From Candidatus Krumholzibacteriia bacterium (lineage in GTDB: Bacteria; Krumholzibacteriota; Krumholzibacteriia; LZORAL124-64-63), in assembly GCA_041390065.1 (NCBI GenBank), contig JAWKQQ010000006.1, forward strand, positions 194-64,193: a stretch of 64,000 bases of DNA, read 5' to 3'. Under the pieces are notes generated by a model. The model saw only the letters and a program-made list of their open reading frames with translations. It did no database searches and had not been told where the DNA came from. Positions 23,108 to 31,907 of the stretch are shown piece by piece; within the stretch, counting starts at the first letter, position 1; each line of letters begins with the position of its first letter. The translations under genes were made by a program, and so were the position numbers.

Positions 23108-24412
23108 GTGGGCGCCACGTTGCAGCTCTACCGCGTCCTATCGCCGGCCGTCGCCGCGCTGGTTCCCCTGGCGGCGCCCTGGCACCGCAAGCTCGCCGCC
23201 GGCGTGGCCGGACGCCGCGGCCTCGCCCAGCGTCTCGCGGCCGCGGCGCCCGGGCTGCAGGGATGCGTCTGGTTCCACGCCGCGAGCGTCGGCGAGTTCA
23301 TGCAGGGCGTGCCCCTGATCCACGGCCTCCGCGACGCCCTCGGCGTTGCCATGCCCCCGGTGGCGGCGACCCACTTCTCGCCCAGCGGCTACGAGTTCGC
23401 GCGTCGGCACCCCTGCGCCGATCTGCACGAGTACCTGCCCCTGGACACGCCGCAGGCCATGACGCGGCTGGTGACGGCCTGGCGTCCGCGCCTCCTGGTG
23501 TTCATGAGCGGCGACGTGTGGCCCAACCTCGTGCTGGCCGCCCACCGCGAACGGGTGCCGCTGGTGCTGATGGCCGGCTCGCTGCCGCCCGACTCGGCGC
23601 GTCTGCGGGGCCCGGGCCGCGCCCTGTACCGCGACCTGTTCGACCGGTTCGCCCACCTGGGCGTCGTGGCCGATGCGGACCGCAAGCGTTTCCGGGACGG
23701 GCTCGGCGTGAGGGCGCCGGTGAGCGTGACCGGCAACACCCGCGTCGAGCAGGTGATCGCGCGCTTCGAGGCGAGCGCGGGCGGCGAGGTGAGCGCGCGT
23801 CTGTCGCGGCTCGGCGGCCGCCGGCTCGTGCTCGGTTCCACCTGGCCGCCGGACGAACGCCTGTGGCTGCCGGTGCTGCCCGAACTCTGTCGCCGGATTC
23901 CCGACCTGCGCGTGATCCTCTGCCCCCACGAGCCCCACCCGGAACACCTCACGCGGCTCGCGGACCGACTCGCGGCGACGGGCCTCCGCTCGACGCGCCT
24001 CTCCGCCCTGCTCGCCGCGCCCACGGACGACCCGACGGTGTCGACCAGCACCACCGTCGGCGTCCTGGCCGAGATCTACCGCGCCGGCCAGCTCGCCCAC
24101 GTCGGCGGCGCGTTCACCACCGGCGTGCACAACACCCTCGAGCCGGCCGTCGCCGGCCTGCCCGTGATCTTCGGTCCGCGGATCCAGAACGCCCCCGAGG
24201 CCGCCGAGCTCGTGGCCCGCGGCGCGGCCTGGATCTGCCGCGAGCCCGGCGAGGTCCTGGCGCGGGCCACGGCCCTCTTCGCCGACCCCGCGGCCCTCGC
24301 CGCCGCGTCGGCCGCCGCCCGTCGGACGGTCCTCGACCAGCGCGGCGCCCTCGAGCGGTCGCTCGCGGTGCTGCTGCCGCTCGTGCGCCGCGTCAACGCT
24401 GACGATACGTGA
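23108..24412 (+). CDS. waaA: 3-deoxy-D-manno-octulosonic acid (Kdo) transferase
   Basis: GTG at 23108 in the frame of ORF 21980..24412. WFHAASVGEF motif and C-terminal GGAFTTGVHNTLEPA. About 434 aa. Confidence 0.8.
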   Translation: MGATLQLYRVLSPAVAALVPLAAPWHRKLAAGVAGRRGLAQRLAAAAPGLQGCVWFHAASVGEFMQGVPLIHGLRDALGVAMPPVAATHFSPSGYEFARRHPCADLHEYLPLDTPQAMTRLVTAWRPRLLVFMSGDVWPNLVLAAHRERVPLVLMAGSLPPDSARLRGPGRALYRDLFDRFAHLGVVADADRKRFRDGLGVRAPVSVTGNTRVEQVIARFEASAGGEVSARLSRLGGRRLVLGSTWPPDERLWLPVLPELCRRIPDLRVILCPHEPHPEHLTRLADRLAATGLRSTRLSALLAAPTDDPTVSTSTTVGVLAEIYRAGQLAHVGGAFTTGVHNTLEPAVAGLPVIFGPRIQNAPEAAELVARGAAWICREPGEVLARATALFADPAALAAASAAARRTVLDQRGALERSLAVLLPLVRRVNADDT

Positions 24413-25070
24413 TGGGGTCGACCACGCCGGCCCGCGCGAACCCGCGCAGCCGCAGCCGGCAGCTCTCGCACTGGCCGCAGGCGGCCTCGCTCTCGGTGTA
24501 GCACGACCAGGTCAGAGGCAGCGGCGCGCCGAGCGCCAGGCCGCGGCGCACGATGGCCGCCTTGTCGAGGGCGATCAGCGGGGTCGTGATCCGGATGCGG
24601 GTCTGGGGTCGGGTGCCCTCGTCGATGGCCTGCTGGAAGGCGCGGTAGAACGCGGCCCGGCAGTCGGGATAGCCCGAGCTGTCCTCCTCGACGGCGCCGA
24701 TGTAGAGCGCCGTGGCGCCCAGGACCTCGGCCCAGCTCGTGCCGATGCAGAGGATGTGGGCGTTGCGGAAGGGCACGTAGGTGGACGGGACATGGCCGGG
24801 CTCGGGCTCGCCGGTCTCCACGGCCAGCGCGGGATCGGTGAGGCTCGTGCCGCCGATCCGCCGCAGGTGGTCGAGGTCGCACACCAGGCGGCGCGTTGCC
24901 GGCACCCGGTAGTGGTCGGCGATCTCGGTGAAGGCCCGCAGCTCGCGCGCCTGGGTCCGCTGACCGTAGTTCACGTGCAAGAGGGCGAGGTCGTGCGCGA
25001 CCGCCGCCTCCGCCACGCACACGCAGCTGTCGAGGCCGCCGCTGGCCAGCACCACCGCCAGGTCTCGCAT
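24393..25070 (-). CDS. queC: 7-cyano-7-deazaguanine synthase
   Basis: MRDLAVVLASGGLDSCVC (PP-loop SGGxDS) and a C-terminal Cys cluster CYTESEAACGQCESC. ATG at comp(25068-25070) overlaps the queE stop. Confidence 0.9.
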   Translation of the reverse strand: MRDLAVVLASGGLDSCVCVAEAAVAHDLALLHVNYGQRTQARELRAFTEIADHYRVPATRRLVCDLDHLRRIGGTSLTDPALAVETGEPEPGHVPSTYVPFRNAHILCIGTSWAEVLGATALYIGAVEEDSSGYPDCRAAFYRAFQQAIDEGTRPQTRIRITTPLIALDKAAIVRRGLALGAPLPLTWSCYTESEAACGQCESCRLRLRGFARAGVVDPITYRQR

Positions 25071-25747
25071 CAGACGCCCCTCTCGGCCTCGGGCCACACG
25101 ACCTTGTGCAGCTGGATCTGGAACCGCACCGGCAGCCGGTCGGCCAGCACCCAGCCGGCCAGGTCGCGGGCCGACAGGTCGCCCCACCCTGGCGACAGGG
25201 TCACCGGCACGCCGGCCGGCAAGCGACGCCGACGGCCGTCCACGTCGACACCCTCGGTGATCAGCGCCCGGGCCCAGGCGTAATCCTCAGCGCCCGTGAT
25301 GACGAGCTTGATCTCGTCGTCCGCCCCGAGGTCGGCCAGGCCGTCCCAGTCCACCTGCGCGGGCGGGATCCCGCTGCCGGGCGTCTTGACGTCCACCACC
25401 CGGCAGACGCCGGCCGGCACCTCGTCCAGCCCGACCCGCGTGCCCACGGTGCCGCTGGTCTCCAGGACGACGGCCAGCCCGCGGGCCAGAGCCTGCTGCA
25501 TCAGATCGACCACCGGCGCCTGCAGCAGGGGCTCGCCGCCGGTCACCAGCACCATGCGCTGGCCGAGCCGCTCGACCTCCGCGAGCACCTCCGCGACGCT
25601 CCGCTGTTCGCCGCCATGGAACGCATGGGCGGTGTCGCAGTATACGCAGCGCCGGTGGCAGCCGGTGAGACGGACGATGACGCACGGCCACCCGGAATGG
25701 CGTGACTCGCCCATGACGGCGGGATATATTTCACTGATCCGGAGCAT
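25070..25747 (-). CDS. queE: 7-carboxy-7-deazaguanine synthase (radical SAM)
   Basis: MLRISEIYPAVMGESRHSGWPCVIVRLTGCHRRCVYCDT (CX3CX2C variant cluster typical of QueE). 225 aa, adjacent to queC. Confidence 0.85.
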   Translation of the reverse strand: MLRISEIYPAVMGESRHSGWPCVIVRLTGCHRRCVYCDTAHAFHGGEQRSVAEVLAEVERLGQRMVLVTGGEPLLQAPVVDLMQQALARGLAVVLETSGTVGTRVGLDEVPAGVCRVVDVKTPGSGIPPAQVDWDGLADLGADDEIKLVITGAEDYAWARALITEGVDVDGRRRRLPAGVPVTLSPGWGDLSARDLAGWVLADRLPVRFQIQLHKVVWPEAERGV

Positions 25748-25755
25748 CGCGTGGG

Positions 25756-27009
25756 GTGGTCCTTCCGCGACTCGCCTGGATCCCTGGACCGAGGAGACCG
25801 AGCCGCGTGCGAAAGATAGTCACGACCCCCCATCGCCACAATCGCGCCGCGCGGGCCTGCGTTCTGCTGCTCCCGCTCTGCCTGCTGGCCGCCTGCGGCG
25901 ACCGCAAGGCCGACATCCCGCCACCGCCGGCCCAGCCGCCCTGCGCGGTGACGGTGAACGACCAGGCCCTGCAACAGTTCTACGCCGTGGCCGACGCGCG
26001 GGCCGCAGGCAAGACGGTCGGCATCGAGGACCTCGGCAACCTCGCAGCCGCCGGCCCCCTGGACCTCTGGCGCCGCAGCTTCGCCCCCGAGAACGTCACG
26101 CCGGCCTGGGTGGGCCGCATGCTCTTCCTGGCCCTGGTGGGCGAGGATGAACTGCCCGACCGCTACCGCGACAAGCCGGTGCGGATGGACCTCGTCCTGG
26201 CCTACCGCGAGGCGCTGGCCCGCCGTGCGGAGATCCAGCAGACGGCCGCCGATCTCATGTCCGGCGACGTGCTCTGCCGGGTGCGGGGAGAGCTGGAGCC
26301 GTGGCTCGTACCCGGCGCCCTGCCGGACACCCTGCGCGTCGACCTGCTCGTCGGCTATCCCGAGATCCGCCTCTTCGAGGGTCACGTGCTGCTGGACGGC
26401 GGACTGGCCTGGGCGGCCGGACGTGAGCAACTTCCCCGCTTCGTCGCCGCCATCGTCTACAAGGACCTCGGCGAACGTCCCGGCCGCGCCCCGCGCGACG
26501 TGACCGGCGACGCGATCGTGCTCGAGACGTTGCGCCTGGTCACGAACCTGATCCCGTCGGCCATGATCGAGCGAACCGACCAGATCGTGTTCGACAAGCG
26601 CCACAGCCTGCTGAGCGGCGCCGCGCCGTCACCCGAATCGATCTGCGACCAGGCCTACCGCACCCTCGCGAGCCTCGACCTGGAACTCACCCGGGTGCGG
26701 CAGCTCGCCCGGCCGACCGACGAGGACTGGCTCAGGATCTACCGTCTGTTCGTGGGTGCGCAGAGCTGGCAAGCGTCGGCGTGGTACATGGGCCAGGTGA
26801 TCGACGCGCGGCTGGGGCGCGAACGCCTGCAGGCCGCCACCCACCATCCCGCCGACCTGCTGGCCGCCTATCAGGAAGCCTCGCTCATGCATGACGGCAC
26901 GTCGGCGGCCGATCCGCAGAGCGTGCGGTGGTACCTCGACCAGGCGCCGGCCTTCACGGCCGACAATGCCCGCTGGCTCGACGAACGGCTGCGGGCGTAC
27001 TTCCGCTGA
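25756..27009 (+). CDS. Hypothetical lipoprotein
   Basis: Lipobox LLPLCLLAACG. Coding-like composition throughout, no family recognised. Start uncertain (alternative GTG at 25807). Confidence 0.55.
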   Translation: MVLPRLAWIPGPRRPSRVRKIVTTPHRHNRAARACVLLLPLCLLAACGDRKADIPPPPAQPPCAVTVNDQALQQFYAVADARAAGKTVGIEDLGNLAAAGPLDLWRRSFAPENVTPAWVGRMLFLALVGEDELPDRYRDKPVRMDLVLAYREALARRAEIQQTAADLMSGDVLCRVRGELEPWLVPGALPDTLRVDLLVGYPEIRLFEGHVLLDGGLAWAAGREQLPRFVAAIVYKDLGERPGRAPRDVTGDAIVLETLRLVTNLIPSAMIERTDQIVFDKRHSLLSGAAPSPESICDQAYRTLASLDLELTRVRQLARPTDEDWLRIYRLFVGAQSWQASAWYMGQVIDARLGRERLQAATHHPADLLAAYQEASLMHDGTSAADPQSVRWYLDQAPAFTADNARWLDERLRAYFR

Positions 27010-27035
27010 CCCTGGCGGGCGGTCCGAGGACGACG

Positions 27036-27063
27036 ACGGCGGAGCCCCGCGGGGCTCCGCCGT
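27036..27063. terminator. Bidirectional hairpin between convergent genes
   Basis: Palindrome ACGGCGGAGCCCC-GC-GGGGCTCCGCCGT lying between the stops at 27009 (+) and 27095 (-). No clear U-tract. Confidence 0.45.
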
Positions 27064-27094
27064 CCTGGCTTCCGGCGATCGCCTCGCGACGTCG

Positions 27095-28825
27095 CTAGCG
27101 ATCCGGATAGTTGCCGAAGATCTGCTGGATATCCACCGGGATCGCGTCCATGCGCGCGAGGGCCTCCGACAGCACCGCCGGCATCTGCGCGTAGCGGGCG
27201 ATCATCGCCTGGGCGGCCGCATAGTCGCCGCGCGCCTCCATCACCAGCAGCTCGTTGAGCAGCAGCTCGATCACGGGCTGGAAGCGATCGAAGTCCACGC
27301 TGAACTTGCCCGTGGCCGCGTCATGCACGATGGCGCCGTGCTCGAGCAGGTAGTTGAACTGGATGGCGTTGGCCTGGCCGTGGGCCTCGGTGATGCCGAA
27401 GCGCACGGACCGGAAGAGGCCCGCCAGGAAGGTCACCGGCTGCCTCCGCGCGATGTCGTCCTGGAAATACGTGCGTCCGGCCTCGTGGAGCTTGAGGATG
27501 TCCCACATGCCCATGACGTCGGCCTTGGCCTCCTCGATGGTCGCGTAGGTGTCCTTCAGCTCCAGCCGCACCTCGGTCTCGCGGCCGTCGAGCACGAGCT
27601 TGCCGGGCCCGAGGCCATGGCTCATCTCGTGCCAGAGCGTGTGCTGGAAGAAGCTCTCGCCGTTGACCAGCCCCACCTGCTGGTCGGCCACCACGAGCGC
27701 GGCGATCGGCTGCAGGATCTTCGCGAACTTGGCGTCCATGACGTTGCGCAGCAGCACCTTCTTGCTGCCCTTGGCCTCGCGTACCCGCTCGTCATTGGGC
27801 AGGTTGAAGGCGATGGTCTGGATGCCGGCGCGGGTATCGCCCCCGGAGTACACGAGGTCGACCACGCGGATCGGCGATTCGCTGCCGCGGTTGGGATTCT
27901 TGTCCGCGTCGGGGAGCGGCAGGTGCATCTCCAGCCAGGGCAGCTCGTCCTTGAAGCTGGCGAGCAGGGCGGACTGCTCCGGATCGGTGATGGTCACGAA
28001 GGTCTCGAACGCCGCCTTGTAGTTGAAGAGGCCGTCCTCGTACACCTCGTACGGCCCGATGGTGATCTCGACCCGGGAGTCGAGGTCCATCCACAGCATG
28101 TCCGACGCGAAGTAGTCGTCGCTCAGGAAGGCGTCGGCGCGGGCGTTGAGGAACTCGCGGAGGCTCTCGTTCTCGGTCAGGCCGGCGGCCGTGCGCAGGT
28201 GCGCAGCGGCGGCCTTCAGCCCGGGTCCGAAGAACTCGCTGTACGGGATGGCCACGAGCTCGCCGTCGGCGTCGCGGCGCACCATCGAGAACAGGCCGTC
28301 GAGGCCGGCGGTGGGGTCGGCGATCCGGTCGCGGTCGGCCCGCGTGAGGTCCTGGGGATAGAAGTTGGCGCCCTCGGGATGGTCGAGCGGCCCGACGAAC
28401 GATCCGTAGTGCATGCGACGGTCCCAGGGACCGGCGTTGATCTCGAAGTAGCGGCGCAGGGCGTCGCGGTCGGCGCCGCGGTAGGCCTCGATGCGCGCCG
28501 CGAGCTCGTCGTAGCACGGCGTCGCCTGCACGCGGAACAGCTCCTGCATGATCCGGCCGGCGGCCACTAGTTCGTCGAGCACCGCATGCTCGCTCTTCGA
28601 CAGGGCGCTGAGGTCCGGCGTCACCTCCACCCGCGCGTAGGCCTCGGCCCTGGCGGCGAGGTCGCCGACGGGAACGACGGCCAGGTCCTGCAGGTGCTCG
28701 CAGTTCCGATCCACGTGGGCCGGATCCACCCAACGGTTCACGCGTTCCTCGCTTCCGCCTCCGCCACAGCCCACGGCCAGCAGGGACGCCAGCGCGAGGG
28801 TGGCGATGCTCCAATTACGCAGCAT
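27095..28825 (-). CDS. Zinc metallopeptidase lipoprotein, DPP III (M49)-like
   Basis: AAGGAG upstream of the ATG at comp(28823-28825). Lipobox LLAVGCGG. HEXXH motif LWHEMSHGLGP and downstream IEEAKADVMG, resembling the M49-like HExxxH...EExxAD arrangement. The longer ORF to 29026 runs through tRNA-Asp and is rejected. Confidence 0.65.
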   Translation of the reverse strand: MLRNWSIATLALASLLAVGCGGGGSEERVNRWVDPAHVDRNCEHLQDLAVVPVGDLAARAEAYARVEVTPDLSALSKSEHAVLDELVAAGRIMQELFRVQATPCYDELAARIEAYRGADRDALRRYFEINAGPWDRRMHYGSFVGPLDHPEGANFYPQDLTRADRDRIADPTAGLDGLFSMVRRDADGELVAIPYSEFFGPGLKAAAAHLRTAAGLTENESLREFLNARADAFLSDDYFASDMLWMDLDSRVEITIGPYEVYEDGLFNYKAAFETFVTITDPEQSALLASFKDELPWLEMHLPLPDADKNPNRGSESPIRVVDLVYSGGDTRAGIQTIAFNLPNDERVREAKGSKKVLLRNVMDAKFAKILQPIAALVVADQQVGLVNGESFFQHTLWHEMSHGLGPGKLVLDGRETEVRLELKDTYATIEEAKADVMGMWDILKLHEAGRTYFQDDIARRQPVTFLAGLFRSVRFGITEAHGQANAIQFNYLLEHGAIVHDAATGKFSVDFDRFQPVIELLLNELLVMEARGDYAAAQAMIARYAQMPAVLSEALARMDAIPVDIQQIFGNYPDR

Positions 28826-28934
28826 CGGGACACTCCTTGATCGGTCGGGAGAATGAGAATCGAGCAGAGACACGATGACGCAAGGGACCGGAAAGGTCAA
28901 CCGCCGCGACGGGACAGGGAGGGCCCGGAAGCGC

Positions 28935-28960
28935 AAAAACCGCCGGGAGGCGGTTTTTTT
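28935..28960 (-). terminator. Rho-independent terminator after tRNA-Asp
   Basis: AAAAACCGCC-GGGA-GGCGGTTTTTTT. The symmetric A/T runs make it potentially bidirectional. Confidence 0.6.
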
Positions 28961-28964
28961 GAGG

Positions 28965-29042
28965 TGGCGGGAGCGACGAGACTCGAACTCGCGACCTCCG
29001 GCTTGACAGGCCGGCGTTCTAACCAAACTGAACTACGCCCCC
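28965..29042 (-). tRNA. tRNA-Asp (anticodon GTC)
   Basis: 78 nt: GGGGGCG-TA-GTTC-AGTTTGGTTA-GAAC-G-CCGGC-CTGTCAA-GCCGG-...-GCGAGTTCGAGTCTCGT-CGCTCCC-G-CCA. Confidence 0.9.
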
Positions 29043-29063
29043 GCCAGGAATCGTAGGAGCGGG

Positions 29064-29092
29064 AATATAAGCGGCGGTCAGGTTTCTGTCAA
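29064..29092 (-). promoter_or_regulatory. Sigma70-like promoter for tRNA-Asp
   Basis: Minus strand: TTGACA (comp 29087-29092), N17, TATATT (comp 29064-29069), about 21 nt upstream of the tRNA 5' end. Confidence 0.55.
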
Positions 29093-29129
29093 ACGGGCGT
29101 CGCGAGGATTTTTCGGCCTCCGCGCGGAA

Positions 29130-30507
29130 TCATTCCTGGTGCAACAACGGTGCGAAATCCTCCGCGTCGCACCCCCTGAGCGCGCCGAACGTCCATCCCG
29201 GGCCGGCGAGCCGGCCGAGGTCGGCGGCGAGGCTCGGGTGCCCGGCCACCAGGGCTTCGCCGGTGGCCGCCAGCAGGGGCTCCAGCAGCGCCGCCGCGGC
29301 AACGGTGAGCGGACGGTGGGAGGTCACCAGGAGGCTCCCGAACGCCGCCTGAGGCGGCAGGCGGGGCGTCCTGGGGTCCAGGCGTTGCAGCCGCGGCCAG
29401 CGCACACGGAAGGCCGACTCCAGGCCGCCCGCCTCGCCGAGGCGGTCGCCGCCCGTGGCATCGAGCCACAGCAGGCGCGCCGACGCGTCGAGGGCCAGCG
29501 GCAGCGCGGCCACCACGCGCCGACGGGCTTCCCGTGCGCCGGCCGAACCCGGCGCCGCCGGCTGGGGCGGGCCCCACCCGAACGGCAACGGCACGGTGCG
29601 CCCGTCGTCCAGGGGCAACGCCCGCCAGGGGATGCCGCGCAGCAGCAGGCGGTCGCAACCGGCCGCGGCCACGGCCGTGAGCCAGGGCAGGCCCATGACG
29701 GCCGGATCCACCAGCCCTTCGGTGAGGCCGTCGCCCGCGCCGACGCCCTGGTCGGCGAGCCAGGGACGCAACGCGCCCATCGAGATGTCGTCGCACCACA
29801 GCGTGACCCGGGGTCCCAGTCGCTCACGCAGCGCCACCAGGCCGGTGGAGTCCAGGCTGAGCGGCGGACCGTCCGCCGTGGCTGGCAGGTGGCCCACCAT
29901 CACCGCGTCCAGCCCCGCCGCGAGCGCGGCCAGGAACGGCTGCGGGTCGGCTCCCGTGACGGCCGCGGCCTGCTCGTGCGTGTCGACCCCGGTGCCGCCA
30001 TGCCCCGGCCAGTGCTTGGCGCAGCCGCCGAGGCCCCCCTTGACGAGGCCCCGGGCCGCGGCCGCCGCATGGACGCAGACCCGCGCGGACGTGGCGCCGA
30101 AACTGCGCGCGCCGATCACCGGGTTGCGGGGTTCGGTGAGCACGTCGCAGCACGGGGCCAGGGCGCGCGTCAGGCCGAGGTCGCGCAGACGCGTGGCCGT
30201 CTCGGCATGCACGCGCTCGGTGAGGTCGGGATCGTCGAGATCGCCGAGCGTCCGCGGCGCCGGGGGGCGGCCGGCGGCGGCCGCCAGGAAGGACACGGCG
30301 CCACCCTCATGATCGGCGCAGATCTCCGCCCCCACGGGCAGGCAGTCCCGCACCGCGGCCACCAGGTCGCGCAGCCGGTCGGCCGGACCCGCGTTGCGGG
30401 TGAACAGGATGACGCCGGCGGGCTGGTAGCGGCGCAGCCAGGCCGCCTCGGCCGGCGCGAGGTCGGGTCCGGGCGAGCCCCACCACCAGGCGCGCGGCGA
30501 CGCTCAC
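29130..30507 (-). CDS. nagZ: Beta-N-acetylhexosaminidase (GH3, NagZ-like); N-terminus out of frame as assembled
   Basis: ICADHEGG and KHWPGHGGTGVDTHE are GH3 motifs. Homology (WLRRYQPAGVILFTRN) continues 47 codons upstream of the called GTG at 30362 with no start codon. A GTG at comp(30505-30507) overlaps the spoIID stop (GTGA) and reads MSVAARLVVG in the neighbouring frame. The frames join at the C4 run 30478-30481. Confidence 0.7.
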
Positions 30508-31894
30508 GGCAGCACGCCCCGGTCCAGGCGTTCGAGGCGCGTGCCGGGGTAGTAGTGCGCCAGGATGTCCTCGAAGCTCTGTCCGGCCCGCGCGCGGCCC
30601 ACGGCCCCCATCTGGCAGAGTCCCAGGCCATGGCCCCAGCCGCGGCCCGTGGCCACGATCGCGTGGCCCCGATCGACGTCCAGATCGAACCAGGCGCTGC
30701 GCAACAGGCCCGTCCCGCCCGGCGGCGGCTTCAGCACCCAGCGGGTGCGGTCGCCCCGCACGAGGTAGCGCCCGGCCGTCATCGTGATCTCGAGCTCGGC
30801 CACGCGGCCGCTGGAGGTGCGGCGGCGGACCTTCAGATCGACCAGCTGGCCCGGCGCCGCGGCCACCGCGCCGTCTCCGGCCGGTCGGAAGAGGTCGCGC
30901 CCCCACCGCACCTGCTCGCTCGCGCCGGCATAGGCCACGTACTCGGGCAGGGTGCGGTCGAGGATGGCCTCCAGTTCGGCCCAGGTCCACACCTCGCGCC
31001 AGGTGGCGTAGCGGCTCTCCGCACACCACGGACGCCCGTCGGGACGGCGGTCGGGCTGGCCGCGGAGCACCGGATCGGCCTCGTACGGCCAGATCGCCTC
31101 GATGGTGGCCGTATGGCCGCCGCACGTGGAATGGTAGTAGGTCGGCGCGAGGTCGGCGCCGCGGCGCAGGACGAGGCCGGCCGTCCGCTCCAGGGCCTCG
31201 TTGCAGAGCGGGTCCTCCCAGAGGACTCGCCGTAGGCCTGGTCGCGGACGTCGGCGTACAGGTCGAAGCCGCGGTCGCGCTGGGCGTCGAGGTGCGCGAC
31301 GGTGTAGGTGCGCGCGGCCACGGCCTGGGCGGCGACCGCGGCCAGATCGGCGCGCTCGCGGCCGTTGCCGATCTCGCGCGGCACGACGCCGGCCAGGTAA
31401 CGCTCGAGTTCCAGCACGTCGATCAGGGTGAGGCCTGTCCCGCCCGGCGTGGGGATCACGTGCAGTTCGCCCCGCCAGGCCTTGCCATCCCAGGTGAGCA
31501 CGTGGCTGGAATCCAGCGGCGCGGCCACCAGCCAGGCGGAGGCGATTCCCAGCGCGGAATCGGCCGCCGCCACACCGTCGCCCGCCCGCACCAGGGCCAC
31601 CGTGCGGTCGGCGGGCAGGTTCGCGGCGGGCAGCGTCTGGTCGCCGCATCCCAGGCGCCAGGGCCCGTCGGCGGTGATCACGATCCGCGGGGCGTCCTCC
31701 ACCATGCCGATGCGGACGAGCACCGGACCGCCCGGACCGGCCAACGGCGCGGGTCCCGGCGGACGCGGCACGGTCGTGATCCGCTTGGGCGCCATGCAGC
31801 CCCCCAGCAGCAGCAGGAGGCCGCCGACGATCAACACGCGCGCCGCCGCCCGGAGGCGGCGGCGGCGCGGATCGTCTGGCAGGAGCTTGGGCAT
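30504..31894 (-). CDS. SpoIID/LytB-like lytic transglycosylase domain protein; one frameshift as assembled
   Basis: N-terminal half comes from ORF 30833..31894 (lipobox-like LLLLGGCMAP...RTYTVAHL...DLYADVRDQAYGE). C-terminal half comes from ORF 30504..31649 (VLWEDPLCNEALERTAGLVL...YYHSTCGGHTATIEAIW...GRGWGHGLGLCQMGA). The frames switch near 31225-31228. Confidence 0.7.
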
Positions 31895-31907
31895 GCCGAC
31901 CTCCGTG

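Noticed and set aside
27095-29026. A 643-aa version of the metallopeptidase ORF extending upstream to 29026.
   Set aside because: The extension translates straight through tRNA-Asp and its terminator (...PACQAGGREFESRRSRH...). A proper SD, ATG and lipoprotein signal occur at 28825.
30504-30506. In-frame TGA between the SpoIID-like and NagZ-like ORFs as a selenocysteine or read-through site making a fusion protein. It was tempting because a tRNA-Sec is in the window.
   Set aside because: SpoIID homology is complete before the stop. A GTGA-coupled GTG start plus a one-base change in a C4 run explains the NagZ N-terminus. No convincing SECIS-like hairpin was seen at the expected spacing. Other genes here show similar G/C-run indels.
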